Assembly (NCBI RefSeq): GCF_006345805.1
Contig: NC_043013.1
Coordinates: 23,498,001 to 23,562,000, forward strand
From: Octopus sinensis
Lineage: Eukaryota
Direction: 5' to 3'
Length of the DNA: 64,000 nt
A program made the translations under genes and the position numbers. Positions 1-11,917 of the stretch are shown in pieces. The notes below the pieces were generated by a model. The model worked only from the letters and a program-made list of their open reading frames with translations. It was not told the DNA's origin and did no database searches. How positions within the stretch are numbered: position 1 is the first letter of the stretch; each line of letters begins with the position of its first letter.

Positions 1-98
1 TGAAAAATCCTGACCAAAAAAAAAAAAGGAAAGAAAATAAAAAATTTTCTGATTTAAAAAAAAAAAAAAAAAAATTTTGCTTCCTCCTATGAACTTAC

Positions 99-243
99 CA
101 ATAGAAGACCAAGTTGGAGCTTGCCAAATATCATTTAATTGCCAATAGAGGGCACCCATAGTTATTCCAAGTCCATTGACCACTTCACTTTGATGTCTAC
201 GATAGCTTTCTGTTTCAAATCGGATTGACATCGCTTGGTTTAT
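99..243 (-). CDS. MANBA: MANBA exon 14 ([16 protein letters not shown]...[21 protein letters not shown])
   Basis: ETE-YRR and [15 protein letters not shown] motifs. GAG acceptor after a polypyrimidine tract, GTAAGT donor, phase 0/1. Confidence 0.95.
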
Positions 244-3200
244 CTCAAAAAGAAAAACAGGAAGAAATAATAACATCTTAGAATTCTAAGATACAAAGAA
301 GACAATTCAAAGACAAGAACTAATGACCAAAACTATTTCATCTTGTGCTTAATTGGAAATAATTCAAATTGGTTCTAATTACTTAAAGTCCTATGAAATT
401 TTGTGTGTGTGTGCATGCGCACACACATACCTATGATGAAAGGTGTTTCAGCTCTGGCCATCCCAGCTCATCGTATATAATATATTTAGGACTGCATTAT
501 TAAACGTATTTTTGTTTGTTTCTTTTCTTTGTTAGTATTTTGTGAGTGATTAGGGTGTCATTTCTAGTAGTTCAGTAAACATAGAAGCTCCTTTAATGAT
601 TCACAACAGTGGATATTCATAAGGTAAATGTCTTGTTTAAATGGGACTGTAATACAGCTCTATATTTAAGAGATGAGGAATTATGTACATTATTTACATT
701 TGATGGATATTAGTCCTCATCTTGTTTGTTGTTAGCACGTTTCGGCTGATATACCCTCCAGCCTTCATCACTGGAAAATACGAAAACTAAAAGCAGCAGC
801 ACATATGCTAGGACACAACAACCTCCTAAGCAGACTGAGTGCAGATATGAATAGCATATGGGAACCGGTATTGAGGAAGGATAGGCGAATATTAGATTTA
901 TAAGCCCTAAAATTCACTCCATAATTGCCCATGGACATATGGCGTAGTGGTTAAGAGCACAGGCTACTATCCTCAAGATTCCAAGTTCGATTCCAGGCAG
1001 TAATCTGAATAATAATAATAGCATCGAAAAATACCTTAGGAATGAGACACCTGATGAAGGCTGGAGGGTATATCAGCCGAGATGTGTTAACAACAAACAA
1101 GATAACAAATTTCTGTCAAATGTAAATAATGAGACTGTAATATGTGAAACTTTATTAAGGGCGTACAAATAAGCACATTATTCTCTAAATGATACCAGTT
1201 TTCTCTGCCAACCTCAATGGTTTACTTTGTGATTCTCCCATCACTAATTTGGCAAGCATTGTGAAGTTTGTTCCACTGATGATATCATAACAATAAAACA
1301 TGTTCAGAGTTGTCTCCCATGATTGCCAAAATATGTTGATAAAATAATATTGCTAATACTACGTAACCATTTCTAGTTAATTTTTTTAATGTTTACTTCA
1401 TTAATATATAAACACTAACTTAATTATTGTCTATTTTTGGAAAATGGCATCTCTGTGTAATAAATAAGTTTTCCATAATATTTCTTTGTCTTGCAAGGTA
1501 CTTGGTGACCCCATTTGGTGATGGTTCCATGTAAAAAGCCCTGGTGCCACATAAAATGCAGCCAGAACACACTGAAGTGGTTGGCATTAGGAAAGGCATC
1601 CAGCAATAGAAACCATTCCAAAACAAACAATGGAACCGGGCATGGCTCTCCAGCCTTGCCAGCTCCTGTCAAACCATCCAACCCATGCCAGCATGGAAAA
1701 TGGAAGATAAATGACGACGACAATGATGATGGTATTTGAAAGTAAGGTGTTTAGTTTAAAAAAAAAAAAAAAAAAAAGAAACAATTATACCTGTGTAAGG
1801 TATATAATATCCTGAAAGGTTTTATGCTTGAATTTCTTTGAAGAAGGTGGAAGGTCAAAGTGTTGCAAAATTTCTGCTTCCATTTCCAATTGCCCTGGGA
1901 AAAAAAAAAAGAGAATATAAAGAAAGCAAAGGGATATAAAAGAAAGTTTTATTTCATTTTATGGAAAAGATGGTGAATTGATAGAATCATCCTCAGGGCA
2001 CTGGACAAAATCCCTTGCAAAATACTATAACGGTTCACATTCTGAATTCAAATCCACCAAGGTTAGAGTAACCTTTCCTCCTCCTGGAGTTGTTAAAATA
2101 AGATACCAGTTACATATTGGGTGAATGTATTCTAGATGTGAATGGAATTATAATAGAAGGCAATTTTCTGTGCTCAAGAAGATCTCTCCCCCATGGCAAA
2201 ATTGAGATCTTATGAGTATTTTGTTTATGCTTAGACATGTTGGACCCTAACTCTGCATCCATTCTGCCTTGTCAAGTATTCCCTGCATCTCATCTTCCTA
2301 ACATTAATCCCCCCATCATTCTCCTAACTGTGGCACTACTCTGTTGCTGCAATCATTTAAGAGTAGAATCAGAACATATTTCATCCCCATCTTTTTCCAT
2401 AACCTGTCACCCTTTTCTCCCTCTGGAGTCACTTCCTATTAACATCCATCCCTCATTCTCACCCCCTCCCACCCTATTTTTCAATAATAATTCCCCTTCT
2501 GTACTTTCAGTTATCTCTCACTCTTTCTCTGCCGTATCTCATTGTTTCCACCTCTCATATCTGCTCTCACTCTCAATACCCTCTTAAACTTGCCATCAAT
2601 GCCACCCCCACCTTTTGCTGTTCTGCTCACTGTCGCTGTACATCTCCACCCCACTCCCACTCAATCGTCTCCCTACTTTCTGATCTATCCACAGATATAT
2701 GATATTGCAGCTCCCTTCCTCTTCTTTGTCATCCCTCCTTATTGAGCCATGTCAACCACACCTCCACCCTTTTTAGCTCTCCACCCCTGATTTCTCTTCT
2801 CGCCCTCTCATGAAAGGATCCAAGCACCTCTCCTTACCCCTGATTCACTCTCTGTATTCTCTTTTAAACTTACCTTCTTGTACCTTCAGACTTTACTCTG
2901 GTACCTCATCATCAACATCTTAATCGTCTTCCAGGCTACTCCCATCCACCCTTATATAATATGGGGTAGCCATAGATCTCCCCAGTTGCAAGACATCTAT
3001 TCTCATCCCTGTATCACATTTTAGCCTATCAACATCTAAAAACACAAAGCTGCTTCCCTCCTCCTCTCTCAAATACTCCTCCACTCAGTGAAGGGAGCTT
3101 TTCACTTCTCTCTTATTATGAAAGTTACTTGTCAACTTCTCATCACTGCTGGTGCCATGTGCAAAGCACTCAATACACACTGTTGAGTGGTTGGGCATTA

Positions 3201-6200
3201 GGAAAGGCATCCAGCTACAGAGACCTTACCAAAACAGACATTGAAGCTTGATGCAATCTTGTGACTCATTGGATCCTAGAATGGAAAACAGATGGTGATG
3301 AAGTACAAAGAATAACTTTGCAGCTATGGGACCAATACTCCTACAATGTCTCCTTGATGTGAAAAGAATTCTAATAGAAGAAGAAGAGGAGACCTAACTT
3401 TGCAGTTTTATTTCTATAGGACACAGGTGTAGCTGTGTGGCTAAGAAGATCAATTAGTAACCACATAGCCTTGGGTTCCTTCCACTGTCTAGCATCTTTG
3501 GTAAATGTTTTCAACTATTATAGCTTTTGGCCAACCAAAACTTTCTGAGAGAAATGGGTAGCTGGAAATTGTGTGGAAGCCTATCATATGTGTGCATGCA
3601 TACTTGTGTGTGTGTGTGTGTGTGTGTGTCACCCCCCCATCTTACTGTCTGTTTGCCTATTCATCCATCCATACTGCTTAGAAGGAATGGTATCCTGTTT
3701 GTGTCCCATAACTGTGGAACACATGACAATTGCTAAATTGAGTAAAAGAATAAAATGGCAATATTAAAGAGCCACAGGTAAGCAAGTTGGATGTTTTATC
3801 TGAGAGATCAATAATTCTGAATATGTCACAAGCATTGAACTGTGTCCATGAACAATGCACACAGTTCTCGACTAATCAGGCACCAAGCTGTTAACAGGTC
3901 ACTAAAATGACCTACTTCCAACTCACTGCTGGAAGTAGGTGATTTTAGTAGTAAAGACATTGTTGCTGCTGCTGCTGTTGTTGTTGTTTCATTCCAGATC
4001 AATTCTGATCCACCCTGTCTTTATGGCTGTTCTTGGAGGACATCCAATATCTCCACTCCCCTTTTCCAAGATGCTAAGGTGTGATTGAAAGGGAATTTAG
4101 TTGCTATTTTTAACAAGTTGAATGACAAAGTAGAGAAGGCTTTTTTGTAGGCTCAAGGTTGTTGTTGTTTAACCCCAGGTTGGCCTTGAATGAGTAAATC
4201 TATGGACCATCAATATTTTTTTTTCCTTTTACTTTTCTAAACAACATCATACAACATGCCCATTCTCTTTTCAAACAATAAGGTGTGATTTTAAGGATAT
4301 TTAGCTGCTATTGCTAACATCTTGAGTGACCTTATGGAGGCTCTCACATTTGGCTCATAATAACATCATCATCATCATCGTTTAACGTCCGTTCTCCATG
4401 CTAGTATGGGTTGGACAGTTCGACCGGGGATCTGGGAAGCCAGAAGGCTGCACCAGGCTCCGGTCTTATTTGGCAGCGTTTCTACAGCTGGATGCCCTTC
4501 CTAACGCCAACCACTCCGTGAGTGTAGTGGGTGCTTTTTACGTGCCACCTGCACTGGTGCCAGGCGAGGCTGGCATCAGCCACGGTCGGATTGGTGAATT
4601 TTACGTGCCACCGGCACGGAAGCCAGTCGAGGTGGCACTGGCTTCGGCCACGATTCGGATGGTGCTTTTTACGTGCCACCGACACGTTGGGTATTGAGCA
4701 GAATTATTCTTGTGAAACAACCACCTTTGACAGATTGACATCAAAGACAAGGCAAGTTTGGTTTGTCATTTCCATAATATTTCAGGAAATGAAATTTCTT
4801 AGAAAATGCATGAAATAATTAACTTTAGTCTACATAAATTTAACTTGCAAAATTTTCAGATTTTAACCTTTGACCAAGATCAAAGTGAAGTTTTGTGTGT
4901 TACAAGAAGACAAGAATCCTGATGAGTTGAACAAAACCTTTTGTTGAAACAAAGATTCTTTAGCTTCTCTTAAAGCTTAGCAGTGAAAGGACAATACCCA
5001 CAATTCTTTTCAAAACCTCCAAGGCTGGTAGAACAAAGGGCAGCATTAATAGCCCTTCTCAGATCTTCCAAACTTAGAGAGAAATAAGAATGAAGGAATA
5101 CTCAGAACAGAGACCTGGTCTCGGTGCTAGAAACTGCAGAATCCATTAAATGAATGCAAATATTAGAGGGACAGGTGTTAAATTTACCATTTCAAAACAG
5201 AAATTTGTTGAAATATGGAATCCTTGCCAAATCAGTTTTGCTAATACAGCCCATCACCAGTTTCCTTAGATCCTAGTTCTATTTGCACTTTATCCATAAG
5301 GCCTGGATTGAAGAGGTCAGATTTTAGTCATTTGGAGAGGAGAGAGTTAAGATTATCAAAATATTAGACATTTTACCATCTTTTGGCAAAATTCTACAAT
5401 TAAACTGAATACATTTTGCAGTAAGAAGAAAATTAACATCTAAACTGAGAATTACAAAACTGAGAAGATGAATATTGCTGGTTCTTACCTGCTAAATGAT
5501 GTTGTCTGTGAATGGTAAAGTTACTCCAATACTTCAGAGCTGATTGGTTTAACAAAGGCACCAATGAAGAGTAAGAACACCATGACTGGATACCATATTC
5601 TGATGCAAAGCGTGGTATTGGGATACTGGAATCCAGCCAGAGATTACTTATATAATCATAGAAGTGAACTGAAATAGGAGAAACAAAAAGACATTAGCAT
5701 TAAATGTAACAAAGCAGTCAAGGGTTCACATCCAGTCAGTGACATGAAAGTGTTTTTATTTCTATGAAAAACTGATTTTTCATAACTTGATCCAATTTTA
5801 TGTCCCTCTTTCCAGCAAGGTGGACTTGTCCATTGGAGAGTTAAATGTAGTGCGAATTACAGGAATTGAACTCCACATCTCTAGCTGATTATCCAGTACC
5901 TACCAAATCAGCCAAATATGGTCTCACTCGATGCATGAAATCAAATAAAAAAAAATAATTAGAAAGTTATTTACTGTCGCCATAATTTTGAGCAGCAGGA
6001 TTGGGCGAAATCCCTCCGTCTGATTTCGTTTTGACCCCATTTGAAGGGCTTGATGTCACAAATGGACGGCTGTTATCTTCCTTCATGACGTTAGTACCAA
6101 TTGTGTCTACATATAGCTTGATGTAGGCTTCCCGATATTTCTTGTAATGTTCTAAGCTGAGAGGGAACCTGAGGAAAGAGAAAGAAAAAGATACAATTAC

Positions 6201-8048
6201 TAAAAGCAAGTGAAAAAAAAGGGTTGAGAGCTAACAAATCATCAACTTCCTCTACCTCCTCCTCCTCCTTCTCATCACCCTCACCAAACATTTTCCTAAT
6301 ATCCAAAATACATTATCTACAACTACTTAGGAAATGGTTGTTTTAAAAAACAAAACTCACCCTCCGGAAAGTAAAAAGAAAAATGTGGCCTTTGTAGATA
6401 AGATAATTGGACAACCTAATTATCCTGAGTTTAAATACACTGCAATTATTTCATGGTATATTCGGATAAGCCATTGCATTAGTTTATATTTGTTTAGGAT
6501 TCCTGCATTAGTATGAAATTATTTCATGTATTTGTGGGAGTTTATTGTGCTATGAGTGTTGCTTCCATCATTAATTGCTTCTTTTGGGAAAGAATTCAGT
6601 TTAATACAGGTGTGCTGTTTACTTAGGTTTTTCTGTCAAGCTGTGTTTTATGTTGTGTGATGCAGTGTGTTGCAATTGTCCCCTGTATCTATATATTGTA
6701 CAGAATTCTGTATAAAAAATAAATTACTGATGTGCCAACTATCTTTTATTTCATGGCTCTTAAAATCCCAATCAAGGACTGAAAAATGTGTTGCCTGTTT
6801 TTCTGTTCACAAGAATGCTATTTCTACAGACACATTGCTTACATTCATACCATGTAAGCAATATGGCTAAAACAATTTATAGAACTATTGTATAATAAAT
6901 CAAATATAAATAATGGAAGCAATATTCCGTACAATAAACAACTAGAATAAATATCCAGATGACAGACAAATCATAAAAAATAAATACCAGACAGACAATG
7001 TATAAATCAACAATTGAAGCTGGGTTGATCTGGACTCCAGTGAGGAGACAATCTTCCAACAAATAGAACCAAGTGACAGGAGCAGAAGAGAGAGAAAGAA
7101 GGAGAACAAAAGACACAGGGAAAAGCATGATGCTGTGTTAGAGCGGTAGTGATGAGGAGGGTAATGTTGATGAAATTAACTTTACAGATGGTGGTAGTGG
7201 GGATGATATCAGTGGTGATTATTATTATGATTGTCTTTCAACCTTTCTAAGTTACATTATTTACATTTGACGGATATTTGTCCTCATCTTGTTTGTTGTT
7301 AACTCAACGTTTCGGCTGATATACCTTCCAGCCTTCATCAGGTGTCTTGGGGAAATTTCGAACCTGGGTTCTCATTCCTAAGGTATTTTTCGATGTTATT
7401 ATTATTATTATTCAGGTCACTGCCTGGAATCGAACTCGGAATCTTGGGGTTAGTAGCCCACCTCTTAACCAACTCATCCCCCTCTCCCAAAATGGCTACC
7501 CTTGTAGCAAAATCTTTGAAACTGTTTTTATTATTAAAATGGTAGCTAGCTGGCTGAGTCTTTAGCATGACGAGTGAAATGCTTGGCAGTATTTTGTCTG
7601 CCATTATGTTCTGAGTTCAAATTCCGTCAAGGTCGACTTTGCCTTTCATCCTTCTGGGGCTGATGAAATAAGTACTAGATGGGTGCTGGGGGTCGATGTA
7701 ATTGACTTGCACCCTTCCCTAAATTTCAGGCCTTGTGCCTGTCCTAGACAGGATTATTATTATTATTAGTGTGTGTGAAGAACAGCTTAAATATCAACAA
7801 ACTGACCATCCGTTTACCAGAGCAATTTCATTTTCATTGTTTCCAGCCCAAATAACAATAGATGGGTGATGCATCAAACGACGAACCTACCAAGGAAATA
7901 AACAAAAAGTAATAAACAAAACAAAAAGGAAAAGTAAACAAAGAATGGGAAAAAATAAGAGCAGCAGGAACGGTGTTAATGCTATTTAGCATCATGTCAA
8001 CCCTGAATGAGCAAAGTTTAAAGGCTCCATCTTTTTAGATCAACATGT

Positions 8049-8107
<59 letters not shown>

Positions 8108-11100
8108 ATCCAAACAAGAAAACACAAAAAAACACAACAACGCGAGGACGTGGAACAAATATAGTATTATTGGACGCTCAGGAAAGAAGGGAAGAAGGAG
8201 GGTTTAACGCTTCGAGCGGAGCTCTTTGTTGGAAACATAGGAGAAGGAAAGATCGCGAGAAGGGAAGACAGAGGAAAAAAAAATTGCCAACGGTACACAC
8301 GAGGTCACATGAGGGAGATAAATTGAAAATTAATTCAATTAATATTAATTTAAAACCAGAAGCCTAGCATATATAAAAAATCTGAAAAATCAGAAAAAAT
8401 TTCCATACATGTGTATATTTAGGGATAAACCACAAGGTGATCTTCTAGCATATGGTTATCCACCTAGTGGTTTATCCCTAAATATACACATGTATTGAAA
8501 TTATATATTTCAGGTGCAGGAGTAGCTGTGTGGTAAGTAGCTTGCCTACCAACCACATGGTTCCGGGTTCAGTCCCACTGCGTGGCACCTTGGGCAAGTG
8601 TCTTCTACTATAGCCTTGGGCCGATCAAAGCCTTGTGAGTGGATTTGGTAGATGGAAACTGAAAGAAATCCGTCGTATATATGTATATATAAATATATAT
8701 ATATATATGTGTGTGTGCCTGTATGTTTGTGTGTCTTTGTCTGTCCCCCTAGCATTGCTTGACAACCGATGCTGGTGTGTTTATGTCCCCGTCACTTAGC
8801 GGTTCGGCAAAAAGAGACCGATAGAATAAGTACTGGGCTTACAAAGAATAAGTCCTGGGGTCAAGTTGCTCGACTAAAGGCGGTGCTCCAGCATGGCCGC
8901 AGTCAAATGACTGAAACAAGTAAAAGAGTAAAAGAGTATATATATACAGGTAGAATAATTAGTGGGCTGTTATGTAGATGTGTGTATATATACATATATG
9001 TGTATGCATGTAGGTAAATGGATATGAATGTAAACAGATAGACATAAAGAGGGGTAGGTACAAGGGGAATATTAACAGATATACATACACAAATGAAGAC
9101 CGAAACAGGTGACCATATACACACACACTTCACACAAGGACAAATATGGAGACACACATCCATACATACAGACACACTAAATAGTCACAAAAACCCATAC
9201 ACAGACAAACTCAGACATGCACACACAAGGAGACAGAGGTGCGCGTGCGCGCACACACACGCATACACAAAAACACACAAACTCACTAGCACACGAATAT
9301 GCAGATTACATACAAACGTACACACATACATGCATACACACAGGCTTGCATACATACACATGTACATGTGTATGTGCACACAAGCAAACAAAAAAGAATG
9401 CAGCTTGAATAACGGACAGAGTCAGCAACTATTGAAAGGGTTGCAAGACGCAACAAAAATTTTAGAAAAAATAAGTAAATGAGTGGAAACTTTACTGGTG
9501 AGTGTGTTAAATTATAAGACACTAAAAGAGAATGACCCACCCCAGACAAAACAAAATGTTATTTAAAACTATCCAGTTTTTTTTTAGGGAGTACATTATC
9601 TAATGAGCCCTTCTTCTTTTCAAGATGGTAGTGTGGGATTTAAGGGAGATTTGGCTACTATTTCTAGCAGATCAAACAGCCTTGTAAAAGCTCCTTCCAT
9701 AGTTGGTATTGTTTTGTTAGCCTTTGGTCAGTCCTATTGCCATAGAGAAGACCTATGGTCAAAGGCATTACAAATATGATCATCCTTTCATTTGGTTGCT
9801 ATTTCTAGTAGACCAAACCACCACATAAAGGTTCTTCCTTTCTTTCTCTTTTTTTTTTTTTTTTGTTTCCTGACACTGATGTAGCTAGAGTAGGCAATGT
9901 TATGATTGGTGATGTTTAGAAGAAAAAGAAAAACAAAATTAGATAAAAAAAAAAAAATTTAAGAAGGAAGAAAAATGACAATATAAAAGAATTTAGAAAC
10001 AGATGAAAAAGATACAAAAACTGCAGAAAAAAATAAATTAAAAGAAAATCTAAGAGACAAGTGATAGAACAGAAGGACAGAATAAAAGAAGTAGAGAATG
10101 GTAGAAAGAGAATAAAGAACAGAATGAAAGAAGAGAATGAAAAAAAAAAAGGAACTGAAAAGAAAACCAGAAATAAAAGGATAATGAAAAAAATGAAGTA
10201 AAACCCCAGGAGAAAAGAAGAGAAAGTACAGGAAAAATAAAAAAGGGAAATAAAAAAAAACTGTGTGTGCATTACCTGATAAACAACTTCATCTTTGACA
10301 GATGACAGAAATTGTGGAGTGTCTGGGTAGAGAGCTACAGCAAACATAAAGTCCTGCCATATCATCACACCAAATTCATCAGCAATCTGGTAGAATTCAT
10401 CACTTTCGTAGACCTATTTCAGGGATTAGAAAGAGGGAAGTGAAACTCATATTGAATAGCAAACTGATTGGTTTTAAATGTAGAGCAAATGTTTTATTGC
10501 ATGTTTGGTCAGTACACTTAATTCTACATTCCTTCAATTTACATTGGAACCTGAATGTTTTTTTGAAATAAGCTAGCATCTTGTTCAGAAGAAAATTCAT
10601 AAATGCTTACATTGTTGTATCAGAAGTAAAAAACTAATAAAATTTTCTTGTCATCAAATATCGACTGAAGAAAACGATTTTGACAACTTTTGATATCCCT
10701 TGCATTGAAAATACCCAGGTATTTCGACCAACAGCAAACTACACCCACCCACTTTACACCATCCTTCTTTCTGTCATTTATGGCTTTCAAAACTGTCTGA
10801 GGGTGGTCATGAAGATCTTTTCATTTCACCCCAGAAAGCCATTAAAAAAAAAAAAAATCGATAATCTGACCCTTTATGCCCAACAGTTGAATGCGCGTGC
10901 ACATTTGCAGACAGTCTGTCTGTCTCAGCGCATTTTTGTGTTTTGCGAAGACGCGTTATCATGTGTTTTGGCTTTCAAACGTGCACGCTTTTTTGATTTG
11001 AGAAATGCAGGGAATAATTAACGTGTTAGACCAAGTGAATGACAAGAGAGCGGGATTTTCATGAAAGACCAAATATACTTGATATGCTATCATTCCTTAA

Positions 11101-11881
11101 GTGTGCCATAAATGAATCTATTTAGGAAGGGCTTTACTATTATGCTTTCTGTTGATTTAAGTTATCCAGCGAGATAACCCAGGATGTTTTATTCAAGAAG
11201 GATTAAAAATGAAAAATTGGTAAGTTGATGCCCCCCCCCCCCCCCCACAAAGGAATTTTAATAAAAAAACGTTTGTTTGCATTCAGCCTAAGATCGAATC
11301 ATTTGCTACCTACACAGCAGGGGCATAGGGTTTTCAGGGTGATCCTTTTGGTGCAAGAAATCTTAATTTGATTCAAATTTACCAAAATTGCCAATCAATC
11401 AGTGGAAACACAATAAAACTATTCCTTGTGGGTTTCCACATTTAAATTGACTGCAACCTTTCCTTTTAGCCCCAACTTGAGGTACGAATGACCTAAGATA
11501 CAAAGATTTTCTTAAGCGAAATTTCATGCTTTTGTGTTTTGAGATACGAGTGGAAATTGAGATGCTAATTAATTTCCAGTCACATTTTTCCGCTCGCTAG
11601 GAAATTTGAAAACTTTGCCAGCCCTGATTATTCATTTCATTTTGTTGGTGAAGGTTTGCTTTCATGGTGGTCTTTATCGATTTTCTAACATGCTCTCCCT
11701 TCATCTTCACCAAAGCCACCAAATTTGCGATGATTAATTACCCAGTGCAGCTGCACCTCTGGGTGGGCTCAGAATCTGCAGAGGCTCAGTCAAACGTTTT
11801 AAAAAATATATGTGATGGAAAGGCGAACATAATTTCCGAAAAAAAAGAAAGGGATTTAGTACAAAACTAGCACTAGTGCTA

Positions 11882-11917
<36 letters not shown>

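Noticed and set aside
933-1006. tRNA gene (Ser/Arg-like)
   Set aside because: A and B boxes are present, but the acceptor stem does not pair and the sequence runs into a repeat body. It and the heads at ~7414-7473, ~42910-42985 and ~52420-52491 are SINE/PLE heads, not functional tRNAs.
9916-10275. Hydrophobic 'transmembrane' continuation of ORF 9916..10368
   Set aside because: It reads through the exon 9 donor into a T-rich low-complexity intron.
10600-11626. CpG-retaining DNA-transposon-like relic with a hAT-like end (CAGGGCTGGCAAA on -)
   Set aside because: No partner TIR, TSD or transposase motif was found, so boundaries cannot be supported.
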